A stretch of DNA of 64,000 nt from Sphingomonadaceae bacterium (GCA_947477745.1 CANJUF010000006.1:29424-93423); one strand, 5' to 3'; positions 31,411-41,334 are shown, numbered from the stretch's first letter. Program-made: numbers and translations. Notes: generated by a model from the sequence alone, not told the origin.

Positions 31411-33267
31411 ATGCCACGAACTGAACCCTTCATCCTGCTCGACGATGCCCGCGACCCCGATGGCGACAGGGGCCCGGCGGACGCGCGGCTGTATCGCGCG
31501 CCGATCGAGGTGGTGGTTGCCCGTCGTCCGATCGAGGTGGAGCCCGCGCTCGAGCGGCTGCGCGAACTCTCCGCGAGCGGGCTCCACCTTGCAGGCTATC
31601 TCGCTTATGAGGCAGGCCTGTGCCTTGAGCCGAGGCTTGCCGCGCTGGCTGCACCCCGCGCCGGGGCCGATGGTCCGCTGGTCTGGTTTGGCGCCTTCGA
31701 GAGCTATGAGACGATTGCAGCCTCGGCCATGCCCGCATGGCTGGCGGTGAACAGCGCCCTGGGACCGGCAGGGATCGGCCCGCTCGATCCCGCGGTCTCG
31801 CCGGGCGGATATCACGCCGCCTTTGCCGCAATCCAGGAGGCGATCCGCGCGGGCGACATCTACCAGGCAAACCTGACCCTGCCGCTTGCCGGCACCTGGC
31901 ACGGCGATGCGCTGGCGCTTTACCGCGCGATCCGCCCGGCGGCAAAGGCCGGCTATGGCGGGGTGATCCACGACGGCACGCATTGGCTGCTGAGCTTCTC
32001 GCCCGAACTGTTCTTCGCGCTGAAGGGCGGAGCAGCCACAGCCAAGCCGATGAAGGGCACCCGTCCGCGCGGGCGCGATGCGACACAGGACGCGGCACTG
32101 GCCGCAGAACTGGCGGCTTCCCAAAAGGACCGGGCCGAAAACCTGATGATCGTCGATCTGATCCGCAACGATCTTTCGCGCGTGGCCGAGGCGGGCAGCG
32201 TCCGGGTCGAAAATCCCTTTACGGTAGAAACATACCCCACACTGCATACCATGACCACGATGGTCCGCGCGCGGCTCAGGCCCGGCCTTGGCGCGGTCGA
32301 CATGCTGCGCGCGCTGTTTCCCTGCGGATCGATCACCGGTGCGCCCAAGATCCGGGCGATGGAATTGATCGCCCGGGCCGAACATGCGCCGCGCGGCCCC
32401 TATTGCGGCGCGATCGGCAGGATCGATCCTGATACCACTGATGGCAGTGCGGGCGATGCCGCCTTCAACGTCGCGATCCGCACCTTGCGCCTCACGGTGG
32501 ACCGCAACGGGCCGCAGACCGGAGGCGGACTTGCCGTGCTCGGCGTCGGCTCGGCGATCGTCGCGGATTCGGAATCGCTCCCCGAATGGCGGGAATGTCT
32601 GGTCAAGGGCGCGTTCCTGCGGCAATCGGCAAGCGAGATGACCGCGAGCCGCTTTGACCTGATCGAGACCATGGCCTTCACGCCCGAAGGGGGCGTGCCG
32701 CTGCTCGAACTTCATCTGGAGCGGATGAAGGCAAGCGCGGCGGAACTGGGCTTCGCGTTCGACCGCCACGCGGTGCGCAATGCCATCCATGCCTTGTGCT
32801 TCGATCTCGAGGGCCCAGCCAAGCTGCGGCTGCTGCTCGCTCGCAGCGGCGCGACCGCGCTCGAAGCTGCGCCACTGAGCGACGGATTGCTTGCCGGGCC
32901 GATCGTCTGCGGCGCCCTTCCCCTGCCTATCGATTCGGGCGACTGGCGGCTGCGCCACAAGACCACCGACCGCTGGTTCTACGACGCCGCACGCGATGCG
33001 GCCGTGGCAGCGGGTGCGCAGGAAGGTATCCTGGTTCGCGGCGACGGTCTGCTCACCGAAGCTAGCCGCTCCAACATTTTCGTCGAGCGCGATAATGTGC
33101 TGCTCACCCCGCCCGCCGCGCTTGGTCTGCTTCCCGGCGTGCTGCGCCGCTCGCTGATCGAGCAGGGCCGCGCCCGCGAAGCCGAATTGACTTTGGATGA
33201 CCTTGCCGGCGGTTTCCTGCTCGGCAACTCGGTCAGGGGCCTGATGCAGGCGGAGATACTGACATGA
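31411..33267 (+). CDS. pabB: Aminodeoxychorismate synthase component I fused to an aminotransferase class IV (ADC-lyase-like) domain
   Basis: GDIYQANLT, SFSPELFF, KPMKGTR, AENLMIVDLIRND, GSITGAPK; C-terminal HKTTDR, EASRSNIF, LLPGVLR. Confidence 0.93.
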   Translation: MPRTEPFILLDDARDPDGDRGPADARLYRAPIEVVVARRPIEVEPALERLRELSASGLHLAGYLAYEAGLCLEPRLAALAAPRAGADGPLVWFGAFESYETIAASAMPAWLAVNSALGPAGIGPLDPAVSPGGYHAAFAAIQEAIRAGDIYQANLTLPLAGTWHGDALALYRAIRPAAKAGYGGVIHDGTHWLLSFSPELFFALKGGAATAKPMKGTRPRGRDATQDAALAAELAASQKDRAENLMIVDLIRNDLSRVAEAGSVRVENPFTVETYPTLHTMTTMVRARLRPGLGAVDMLRALFPCGSITGAPKIRAMELIARAEHAPRGPYCGAIGRIDPDTTDGSAGDAAFNVAIRTLRLTVDRNGPQTGGGLAVLGVGSAIVADSESLPEWRECLVKGAFLRQSASEMTASRFDLIETMAFTPEGGVPLLELHLERMKASAAELGFAFDRHAVRNAIHALCFDLEGPAKLRLLLARSGATALEAAPLSDGLLAGPIVCGALPLPIDSGDWRLRHKTTDRWFYDAARDAAVAAGAQEGILVRGDGLLTEASRSNIFVERDNVLLTPPAALGLLPGVLRRSLIEQGRAREAELTLDDLAGGFLLGNSVRGLMQAEILT

Positions 33268-34436
33268 CATCGCACACCTCGCTGGCGCTTTCGCGCATCG
33301 CCCCCTCGCAAACCGTCGCCATGACCGACCGCGCCATCGAACTGCGCGATGCGGGCCGCGACATCATCTCGCTTTCGGTGGGCGAGCCCGATTTCGCCAC
33401 GCCGCCGCATGTGATCGAAGCAGCCAAGCGCGCCCTCGACGCGGGCGACACCAAATATACCGCCGTGGGCGGCACCGCCGCGATGAAGCGCGCCGCCGCG
33501 CTGCATTTTTCGCGCGATCTCGGCATCGAAACCTCTCCCGACAGGGTGGTGGTCAGCGCGGGCGGCAAGCAGGCGATCTTCCACGCCATCCTCGCCACGG
33601 TGAGCGAGGGCGAGGAAGTGATCGTGCCCGCGCCGTGGTGGGTCAGCTATCCCGAGATCGTGCGCTTCGCGGGCGGCACCGTCGTGCCGCTGATCACGCA
33701 CGCGAAAGACAATTTCCGCTTCACGCCGGGCGATCTCGAGTCGCTGATCGGCCCGCGCACCTCGTGGCTGCTTCTCAACAGCCCCGGCAACCCGACCGGC
33801 GCGGTTTATCCCGCCGAAATGCTGCCCGGGATCGGCGACGTGTTGCGCCGCAATCCCCGGATCATGGTGATGAGCGACGACATCTACGCGCCGCTTTCCT
33901 ACACCGGGGCGCAGCACGCCACGCTGTCTGTCGTCTGTCCCGATCTTGCCGACCGGATCCTGACCGTCTCGGGCGTATCCAAGAGCCACGCGATGACCGG
34001 CTTTCGCATCGGCGTTGCCAGCGGGCCGGAATGGCTGATCAGGGCGATGACCAAGCTGCAATCGCATAGCTCGGGCAACCCATGCTCGATAAGCCAGGCC
34101 GCGGCCGTCGCCGCCTTCGAAGGTCCGCAGGATTTTCTCGCAGGCTGGCGCGAAAGTTTCCGTGCGCGCCGCGATCTCACCGTGGCGGGGATCAACGCCA
34201 TTGCCGGCCTGTCCACACCGGTGCCCGACGGTGCATTCTATTGCATGGTCGATGCCGCGCCGCTGATGGACCGCTTCGGCGATGACAGCGCACTTGCCTT
34301 GCACCTGCTCGAACATGGCGTGGCGATCGTCCCGGCATCGGCATTCGGCGGCAGGGACGGGTTCCGCATCAGCTTCGCGACCGGCGAGGACACGCTGCGC
34401 GAGGCGATCCGGCGCATCGCCGCCGCCGTTTCGTGA
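33264..34436 (+). CDS. PLP-dependent aminotransferase class I/II (aspartate aminotransferase-like)
   Basis: LSVGEPDF, NSPGNPTG, SDDIY, SKSHAMTGFRIG. Confidence 0.93.
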   Translation: MTSHTSLALSRIAPSQTVAMTDRAIELRDAGRDIISLSVGEPDFATPPHVIEAAKRALDAGDTKYTAVGGTAAMKRAAALHFSRDLGIETSPDRVVVSAGGKQAIFHAILATVSEGEEVIVPAPWWVSYPEIVRFAGGTVVPLITHAKDNFRFTPGDLESLIGPRTSWLLLNSPGNPTGAVYPAEMLPGIGDVLRRNPRIMVMSDDIYAPLSYTGAQHATLSVVCPDLADRILTVSGVSKSHAMTGFRIGVASGPEWLIRAMTKLQSHSSGNPCSISQAAAVAAFEGPQDFLAGWRESFRARRDLTVAGINAIAGLSTPVPDGAFYCMVDAAPLMDRFGDDSALALHLLEHGVAIVPASAFGGRDGFRISFATGEDTLREAIRRIAAAVS

Positions 34437-35089
34437 GCGCGCTCGAAATACTTTTCGAGGACGGCGAGGCGCTGGTCATCGACAAGCCCGCCGGGCTGCC
34501 GCTTGATCCTCCGCGCGCGGGCGGACCAAGCCTGGAGGACGAACTTCCCTGGCTGCGGCTGGGGTTTGTGCGCGAACCGCAGCCGGTCCACCGGCTCGAC
34601 CAGGATACCTCGGGCTGCCTGCTGCTGGCGCGCAATCCCAAGGCCCTGAAGCGCTTTGCCCGCGCTTTCGAGGAACGGCTGGTGTCCAAGCGCTATCTCG
34701 GTATCGTCTCGGGTGCTTTGTCGGAGGTTGAGGGCACCATCGAGCTCGCGCTGGCCAAGGTCAGCACGGCAGCGCAAGGCTGGCGGATGATCCCAGCGAA
34801 AGCGGGCAAACCATCGGTGACGCACTGGCGCAAGCTCGACGAACAGGACGGCCTGACGCTGGTCGAATTCCGGCCCGAAACGGGACGAACTCACCAGATT
34901 CGGGTCCATGCTGCATCGGGCCTTGGCGCTCCGCTGCTCGGCGATCCCGTCTATGGCGACGGGACGGGAGCGAGCCGCACTATGCTCCATGCTGCCGCGC
35001 TTACCGTGCCGCGCGAAGGCAAACCGGATATCGTCGCGGTCAGTCCGCTGCCAGCCGATTTCACCGCGCTGGGCTTTTCCGATGGCTGA
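34433..35089 (+). CDS. RluA family RNA pseudouridine synthase
   Basis: IDKPAG, HRLDQDTSG, TGRTHQIRVH, LGDPVYG. Confidence 0.93.
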   Translation: MSALEILFEDGEALVIDKPAGLPLDPPRAGGPSLEDELPWLRLGFVREPQPVHRLDQDTSGCLLLARNPKALKRFARAFEERLVSKRYLGIVSGALSEVEGTIELALAKVSTAAQGWRMIPAKAGKPSVTHWRKLDEQDGLTLVEFRPETGRTHQIRVHAASGLGAPLLGDPVYGDGTGASRTMLHAAALTVPREGKPDIVAVSPLPADFTALGFSDG

Positions 35090-35489
35090 CCTGGTCGAGC
35101 GGGCGCTGGCTTCGGTAAGCGAAAGCTTCATCGCTTCGTCGGGGCCGGGCGGGCAAAATGTCAACAAGGTTGCAACCGCGGTGCAGCTGCGTTGCAATGT
35201 CTATGCGCTGCGCTTGCCGCCCGATGTATTCCGGCGTTTGAAGGCGCTGGCGGGCAGCCGCATGACCTCCGCCGGCGAAATCGTCCTCACCGCGAGGCGC
35301 TTCCGGACACAGGAAATGAACCGCGCCGACGCCCGCGAGCGGCTCGCTGAACTGCTTGAAAAGGCTCTGATAGAGCCGGGAATGCGCAAGAAGAGCCGTC
35401 TCAACCGGGTCGGCAAAGTGCAGCGATTGAAGGCGAAGAAAGTGCGCGGGACAGTGAAAGCGAACCGCGGCAAGGTCGCGCTCGATTAG
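35082..35489 (+). CDS. arfB: Alternative ribosome-rescue peptidyl-tRNA hydrolase ArfB
   Basis: SSGPGGQNVNKVATAVQLR, RTQEMNR, basic C-terminal tail. Confidence 0.93.
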   Translation: MADLVERALASVSESFIASSGPGGQNVNKVATAVQLRCNVYALRLPPDVFRRLKALAGSRMTSAGEIVLTARRFRTQEMNRADARERLAELLEKALIEPGMRKKSRLNRVGKVQRLKAKKVRGTVKANRGKVALD

Positions 35490-35591
35490 AGCGGGCTGCG
35501 TGAAATCAGCAACACTACGCCCGCTCTATATCTTTGTTGTTGCATCGTTATTCGCGAAAAACCGGTTCCCACTTTTTCGCACGATGCTCTA
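35487..35591. repeat. RIME/CIR-like double-palindrome intergenic element (MITE-like), 105 bp
   Basis: Termini TAGAGC...GCTCTA; arm 1 TAGAGCGGG/CCCGCTCTA; arm 2 contains GAAAAACCGGTTCCCACTTTTTC. Confidence 0.75.
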
Positions 35592-36479
35592 AACTTCCTG
35601 TTTTCCAAGGCCAATTCCGCCGTGCTCGCGGATGACGGGGCCGAACCGTTCGGCCAGAGCCTCGATCGACCAGCCGCCCTCCTGCGTCAGCCGCGCGACC
35701 GGGCGCGGCAGGTCGAAGAACGAGACCTCCTCGCCGCGTGCGCCCATGATATAGCCTGAGATATCAGCGGCATCGTCCGAGACCAGCCACGCTGCGAGCG
35801 GCGCGATCCGGTCGGCACCCATGCTTTTCGCGACCTGCGCGACATAGGCATCGTCGGCGCCATTGGCGCGCATCGCGCCTTCCACCAGCCGCGTCATCGC
35901 CGTTGGCGCAATCGCGTTGGCGCGTACTTTCGAGCGCGCCATGTCGAGCGCGATCGACTGCATCAGGCCAATAACCCCATGTTTTGCCGCCGAATAGTTC
36001 GACTGCGCCGGGTTGCCGATAATCGCGGAGGGCGAAGTGAACAACACGAAACTGCCGCTCTCCTGCTCGCGGAAATAGGGCGTTGCCGCCTTGCACATGT
36101 TGAACGAGCCGTTGAGGTGGACGTCGATCATCTCGTCCCACTGCGAGCGCGACATCTTGTGCCACCAGCCGTCGCGCAGATAGCCGCCGGCGTTGACCAC
36201 GCCGTCGATCCGCCCGAACTCGCCGACCGCCTGATCGATCATGGCATTGGCCTCGGCCGGGTCGGCCACGCTGCCGAAATTGGCGTGCGCGGTGCCGCCG
36301 GCAGCGAGAATCGCATCGACGGTCGCCTGCGCAGGGGCAGCATCCTCGCCGCTGCCGTCGGCTGCAACGCCAGGATCAGCCACAATCACGCTTGCGCCCT
36401 TGGCGGCACAGTACAGCGCGGTTTCGCGGCCAATACCCCGCCCGCCGCCGGTTACGACGATTGCCTTACCTTGCAGCAT
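35589..36479 (-). CDS. SDR family oxidoreductase
   Basis: VTGGGRGIG, VNAGG, NYSAAK, NAIAP. Confidence 0.93.
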   Translation of the reverse strand: MLQGKAIVVTGGGRGIGRETALYCAAKGASVIVADPGVAADGSGEDAAPAQATVDAILAAGGTAHANFGSVADPAEANAMIDQAVGEFGRIDGVVNAGGYLRDGWWHKMSRSQWDEMIDVHLNGSFNMCKAATPYFREQESGSFVLFTSPSAIIGNPAQSNYSAAKHGVIGLMQSIALDMARSKVRANAIAPTAMTRLVEGAMRANGADDAYVAQVAKSMGADRIAPLAAWLVSDDAADISGYIMGARGEEVSFFDLPRPVARLTQEGGWSIEALAERFGPVIREHGGIGLGKQEV

Positions 36480-36699
36480 CCTGCTGTGCTCCCTGTGCAT
36501 CCTTGCTCTGCACGGGAGCCGTATCGACAGCAGGGACATTTCGCAATTGCTCGGTCGGCAGCCGGCGCTGCTCAAGCATCTCGGCGGCATCGTCCAGCGC
36601 ACGCGCCTCGTCCGCCGTCACTGCGCCCGGGCCGGGATCCTCCCGCCCCTGACCACAGGCGCATAGCAGCACGAGGGCCAGGGGCGCGAGCTTCTGCAT
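36466..36699 (-). CDS. Small lipoprotein
   Basis: Lipobox LCAC followed by PGPGAVTADEARALDDAAEMLE. Confidence 0.75.
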   Translation of the reverse strand: MQKLAPLALVLLCACGQGREDPGPGAVTADEARALDDAAEMLEQRRLPTEQLRNVPAVDTAPVQSKDAQGAQQDAAR

Positions 36700-36703
36700 T
36701 TTC

Positions 36704-36985
36704 TCAGGCCTCGATGATCGAGCTTTGGGGATGGTGCTTGTCGAGATGCTTGCGGATGATCCTGATGTTTCGGGTGTTCGACAAGAACAGGAAGTCGAAC
36801 ACGTCGCCCGCCAGCGGGACCAGACCGATGATCGAATCGAGCCCGACCGGCAGCTTTGTTCCCGGAACGTGGAACGAGCGCTCAAGCAACCGCTCAATCG
36901 CCTCGATCCGCCGTCTCACCGAGACGGGATCGTTGCCGAGCGGTAGCTCGGAACGCAGCGGAACGGCTCGGGCTTGCTCGGGCAT
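36704..36985 (-). pseudogene. DUF4112 domain protein with apparent internal in-frame deletion
   Basis: GLDSIIGLVP is followed directly by LAGDVFDFLF.SNTRN; the TM segment expected between them is absent (93 aa). Confidence 0.6.
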
Positions 36986-37020
36986 CGCAATGTCCTTTCA
37001 GGCTTGATCCTCGACCGGCT

Positions 37021-38517
37021 TTATTTGGGGCGAAGCGCCATTGGCATCAAGGGGTGCCACCCCCAGGCATTGGGAGCAAAGCCGATCGCGTCGCTGCGTA
37101 CCAATGCCCAGCGAATAGGAGAAGCAAACGGAATGAAGACATTGGCTTCGGTGAGCAATTTGCGTGCCTCGGCTAACAACGCCGCGCGCTCTGCGGGATC
37201 GGTCGACCTGCGCGCCTTTGCCAGCGCGGCATCGGCTTCGGAGGAACAGGCGGCCTGGGCTGCCGAGCAGTTGAAGCGGTTGAGATACCAGATCGCCGTG
37301 GGATAACGGGCAACGACGTCGAGCAACCTGAGGTCTGCGCCTGCTTCAACGCGTGCGCGGGTTAGCGCCACCCCGATCGCCGCGAAGTCTTCCTTGAGGC
37401 GCGAAAATACAACATCCGAGCCGGGACCGGCAGGTAGCCACACCGAAAGCTTCGGGCCGCTACCACTCCCTCCCTGAGCCTGCCGCCAGGCGGCAACCCG
37501 CGCCGCGGCAAAGGCGCGGCGGTCGGCGAGGTCAAGATTCGACCATCTTTCCTCAACCGGGTTGTCAGGCCCGCCCGCCAGCGAAGGCGGCACGATATCG
37601 GTAGTGGCCTTCCAGCCATCGACGCCGAACCGTGCGATCAGAGCGGCGCGGTCGATGGCGAGCGCCAGCGCCTCGCGGTTGGCGGGATCGGCCAGAAAAC
37701 CGCGCGAAGAGGCGACCTGCAAGCCGAATAACCCTTCGACGGGATCAAGCTGGATCGTGCCGCGCAGGATTCCGACCGAAGCGGTATGCGGAAAGGTCGC
37801 AAGCCTGCCGTCGAGTACCAGGTCGGCTTCACCGGCGTTGAAGCGTCGCACCGCCTCTGCACCACTAGTCGATGCGAGTTCTATCGCACGGACACGCTCG
37901 TCCCATTTCGGCACCTGCGGCAGGCCGAGCTGGGGGGGCGCGATTGGCGTAAGCAGCGCGATCTTGCCCTGACGCTTGAGCGCCATCGGGCCGGAGCCGC
38001 GGCCATCATGCAGCAGGCCAAGCTCGGGCTGAGCCAGAAGCTGAAGCAGATGGGGCGCAGGATGCGAGAGGCGAATCTCTACCACCCGGCCCGCCATCTC
38101 ACGAATCTCCTCGATCCCCGCGAGATCGAGCCCTAGCGGAGTGCCGCGCAACTGCTGCACCGCCTTGCGCAGCGAGCGCGCCGCCGCGTTCGCCGTCAGT
38201 TCGCTGCCATCGCGCCAGGTTCCGTCGCGCAGGCGGAAGATATAGCTCTGCCCGTCATCGGTCACGATCCAGCGGTCGGCAAGCGCGGGGATCACCCGGC
38301 CCTGTTCATCGAAGGCTACCAGACCCTCTGCGGTAGCCGCGCGCACCAGTTGGCCGGCGGGAGAAAGGCGCACGCCCTTTTCGAACGGATCGTCGGGATC
38401 GCCGATGGCGACCACCTTTAGGTGCGAATCCCCGGGCGAGCCGCATCCGCTAACCAGTGCCGCCAGCAATGTGGCTGCAGCAATCACGAAGGGCCGAATA
38501 GGCAAAGCCATAGGCAT
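37021..38517 (-). CDS. ABC transporter substrate-binding protein (family 5), lipoprotein
   Basis: LVSGC lipobox, EGLVAFDEQGRVIPALADRW, YIFRLRDGTW. Confidence 0.88.
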   Translation of the reverse strand: MPMALPIRPFVIAAATLLAALVSGCGSPGDSHLKVVAIGDPDDPFEKGVRLSPAGQLVRAATAEGLVAFDEQGRVIPALADRWIVTDDGQSYIFRLRDGTWRDGSELTANAAARSLRKAVQQLRGTPLGLDLAGIEEIREMAGRVVEIRLSHPAPHLLQLLAQPELGLLHDGRGSGPMALKRQGKIALLTPIAPPQLGLPQVPKWDERVRAIELASTSGAEAVRRFNAGEADLVLDGRLATFPHTASVGILRGTIQLDPVEGLFGLQVASSRGFLADPANREALALAIDRAALIARFGVDGWKATTDIVPPSLAGGPDNPVEERWSNLDLADRRAFAAARVAAWRQAQGGSGSGPKLSVWLPAGPGSDVVFSRLKEDFAAIGVALTRARVEAGADLRLLDVVARYPTAIWYLNRFNCSAAQAACSSEADAALAKARRSTDPAERAALLAEARKLLTEANVFIPFASPIRWALVRSDAIGFAPNAWGWHPLMPMALRPK

Positions 38518-38603
38518 TGCCTAGCCGATTCTGAAGCTTACGGAAACGCGCGAATGGGCGGTAGTCCAGCGCGGCGATTTGTCGCGCTAATCAAGCGCCC
38601 GGT

Positions 38604-38969
38604 TCAGATCTTGCGCAGGGTGCCGCCCGCGTTCTTCTGATAACCGAGAGCGCGGTGCACGCGGGTGTAGTCTTCGTGATGGACATCGGTTGCAAGCGAA
38701 GCGCGTGCCACCTTTGGGTCGATTTCCTCGACAAAGGCGACGCCGAACCGGTCATCCTGCAGCCACGCCACGGTACCTTCGACCCAGCCGATATTGCGAA
38801 TGTTGATTTCGACGAGATTGCCCCGCGCAACGCGCACGCGACCTTCGCCCATCATGCCGCCCCCCGAGAGGTTTCGCACCTTTATACGGTGCTCACCGTC
38901 CTCGCCATCAACACGCATGTCGGCCATCAGGAAGAGGCTGTCGCGATTGAGATGCCGATGCTCGTCCAT
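38604..38969 (-). CDS. PilZ domain protein
   Basis: RHLNRDSLF (RxxxR), RNLSGGGM (NxSxxG), FGVAF. Confidence 0.88.
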   Translation of the reverse strand: MDEHRHLNRDSLFLMADMRVDGEDGEHRIKVRNLSGGGMMGEGRVRVARGNLVEINIRNIGWVEGTVAWLQDDRFGVAFVEEIDPKVARASLATDVHHEDYTRVHRALGYQKNAGGTLRKI

Positions 38970-39110
38970 TCCAGTAAGGCCGGTCCGTTGCTTGCGAAAA
39001 CAGTTCCATCGGGATCGGGAGCACAGGGCACCCGCATTCCGCATGGGAGATCACTAAACTATCCTGGCAAACAAAACCTTAAGAGCGCGCAGTAAGCCCG
39101 CCTTGTCGCA

Positions 39111-39569
39111 TCAATCGTCGCGAGAAACTTTTTCGCGGCGTTCGTGTGCTTCCTGCGCCTCTACTGTCATGGTCGCGATTGGGCGGGCAACGAGGCGGCG
39201 GAGACCGATCGGCTCGCCGCTGACTTCGCAGAAACCGTATTCGCCTTCCTCGATCCGGCGGAGCGCCGATTCGATCTTGGCGATTAGCTTGCGCTGCCGG
39301 TCGCGGGTGCGCAATTCGATGCCCCACTCGGTCTCGCTGGAGGCGCGGTCGTTAAGGTCGGGCTCGCGAATCGGACCGTCCTGCAACTGCTGAAGGGTGC
39401 CGGCGGATGCATCGAGGATCAGCCGCTTCCAGCCGTTGAGCAGCTTGCGGAAATAGTCCCGCTGCCTATCGTTCATGTATTCCTCGTCCTCGGACGGGAC
39501 GTAGCTTCCGCCAATTTCGCGCCGGGCCTTCACCAGCACGTCGATTTCGTCAGCCAAGGGCGATGCCAT
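39111..39569 (-). CDS. dksA: RNA polymerase-binding protein DksA
   Basis: YMNDRQRDYF, PDLNDRASSE, RDRQRKLIAKI, YGFCEVSGEPIG. Confidence 0.95.
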   Translation of the reverse strand: MASPLADEIDVLVKARREIGGSYVPSEDEEYMNDRQRDYFRKLLNGWKRLILDASAGTLQQLQDGPIREPDLNDRASSETEWGIELRTRDRQRKLIAKIESALRRIEEGEYGFCEVSGEPIGLRRLVARPIATMTVEAQEAHERREKVSRDD

Positions 39570-39763
39570 CCAGAAACTCCGCTACAGACCTATCAGCGTC
39601 GCTTCGTCTTGCCGTTCCGGGCTTTCCCGGTAACCCCACGAGCCGCGTTGCCGCGCCTATAATTGCGCGCCTGTTCCCGCACAAGCGCTCATAAGGGTTT
39701 GTCGCTGAAAAAGTCGGTGCGGGTTCATTCTTGCCGCCCCCGGTCCAAAAACCGGATCAGCCG

Positions 39764-39779
39764 TTAACCATTTGTTGAC
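39764..39779 (+). promoter_or_regulatory. Putative CtrA box
   Basis: TTAA-CCATTTG-TTGAC, one mismatch from TTAA-N7-TTAAC, upstream of the Sel1 gene. Confidence 0.5.
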
Positions 39780-39846
39780 CATGTAAGGCCAGCTTCCACC
39801 TCAAGGCGGGGCAACAGGGGTCCCGGCCGACAGGGGGTTTTTGAAG

Positions 39847-40188
39847 ATGATGGAAAACGGTTGGTTAGGCAGATCAGCTGCCACGGGCGCACTGCCAGCG
39901 GACCTCGAAGGGTCGGATCTGTTCGTGGCGCAATGTTTAACCGCGGCGGCAGATGGCGACCGCGCAGCCTACTATGAATTGGGCGTTGCCTATTCCACCG
40001 GCAGTCACGGAATCGACTGCGATCTGATCGAAGCGCACAAGTGGTTCAACCTGGCAGCGGTTGGCGGCCATGAAGAGGCCCAGTTCTGCCGCGCCGAAAT
40101 TTCCGAAGAGATGACCGCGCGCGAAATCGCCGAAGCCCAGCGCCGCGCGCGCCAATGGCTTTCGCAAACCAGCCGCAAGGCAGCCTGA
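39847..40188 (+). CDS. Sel1-like repeat protein
   Basis: YELGVAYSTG...DLIEAHKWFNLAA...EIAEAQRRARQW. Start may be TTG 39841. Confidence 0.85.
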   Translation: MMENGWLGRSAATGALPADLEGSDLFVAQCLTAAADGDRAAYYELGVAYSTGSHGIDCDLIEAHKWFNLAAVGGHEEAQFCRAEISEEMTAREIAEAQRRARQWLSQTSRKAA

Positions 40189-40194
40189 ACTCTT

Positions 40195-41334
40195 TCAGCT
40201 TCCCTTGCGGAACGGCGTCCGCTCGCCGAGCCAGAATTGCTCCTGCGCAACGCCCTTGCGCTCGCGCTCGAGAAAATCGGCGACGGCCTCCCGGAAACCG
40301 GGGTGAGGAATGAAGTGGGCCGAGGTGGTGCGCACCGGCTCATAGCCGCGCGCCAGCTTGTGCCCGCCCTGCGCGCCGGCCTCGACCCGGTCGAGCCGCA
40401 AGGCAATGGCGAGATCGATCGCCTGATGATAGCACAGCTCGAAGTGCAGGAACGGGCGGTCCACCAGCGCGCCCCAGTACCTGCCGAACAGCGTGCGCGC
40501 GCCGATGAAATTGAGCGCGCCAGCGACCGCCTTGCCGTCAAGGAATGCCAGCACCAGCGCAACCTTGTCCGCCATGCGCTCGCCGATCAACGTAAAGGCG
40601 GCGCGGGTCAGATAGGGCGTGCCCCATTTGCGCATCCCTGTATCCTGGTAAAACGCCCAGAACGCATCCCAATGTTCGGACTTGATGTCGCCCCCGGTCA
40701 GAGTGCGGATATCGAGGCCCTCGTGGGCACGGGCCCGCTCCTTCCTGATGTCCTTGCGCTTGCGTGAAGATAGCGCGGCGAGAAACTCCTCGAAGCTCTC
40801 GTAGCCGCGCCTCTCCCAGTGGAACTGAATGTCGTTGCGGATGAGCCAGCCAGCGCGGTCGAACAGCTCCACCTGCCCGTCCTCGATGAAGGTAGCATGG
40901 ACCGACGACAGGCCATTGCCACGGCAAATTTCCTCCGCGGCCTGAAGCAGCGGCACGGCCAGGCCGGGATTGCGGGTGAGCACGCGCGGTCCGGTCGCCG
41001 GGGTGAACGGCGCGGCGATCTGGATCTTGGGATAATAGTCGCCGCCCGCGCGCTGGAATGCATCCGCCCAGCTATGATCGAAGACATATTCGCCCTGGCT
41101 GTGCTGCTTGACGTAGGCAGGCAGCGCTCCCGCCAGCACGCCTTCAGCCGTTTCAGCCACGATCGGCAGCGGCTGCCAGCCGCTCCTGCCGCCGACCGAG
41201 CCCGATTCCTCGAGCAATGAGAGGAACGCGTGGCTCATGAAGGGATTGGCCCCGTCACTGAGCGCGTCCCACTGCCCGGCAGGCAAGGCAGCGACCGCGT
41301 CGGCCGAACGGATCGTATACTCGCCGTCGCTCAT
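40195..41334 (-). CDS. GNAT/FemAB-like protein (DUF482 type)
   Basis: HSQGEYVFDHSWA, YYPK, SRKRKDIRKER, GRYWG, LHFELCYHQ, EAGAQG.HK. Confidence 0.92.
   Translation of the reverse strand: MSDGEYTIRSADAVAALPAGQWDALSDGANPFMSHAFLSLLEESGSVGGRSGWQPLPIVAETAEGVLAGALPAYVKQHSQGEYVFDHSWADAFQRAGGDYYPKIQIAAPFTPATGPRVLTRNPGLAVPLLQAAEEICRGNGLSSVHATFIEDGQVELFDRAGWLIRNDIQFHWERRGYESFEEFLAALSSRKRKDIRKERARAHEGLDIRTLTGGDIKSEHWDAFWAFYQDTGMRKWGTPYLTRAAFTLIGERMADKVALVLAFLDGKAVAGALNFIGARTLFGRYWGALVDRPFLHFELCYHQAIDLAIALRLDRVEAGAQGGHKLARGYEPVRTTSAHFIPHPGFREAVADFLERERKGVAQEQFWLGERTPFRKGS

Noticed and set aside
3685-36479. TauD, TonB receptor, CoA-transferase, FAD monooxygenase and SDR as one catabolic pathway
   Set aside because: Genes are scattered singly among housekeeping loci and do not form a cluster
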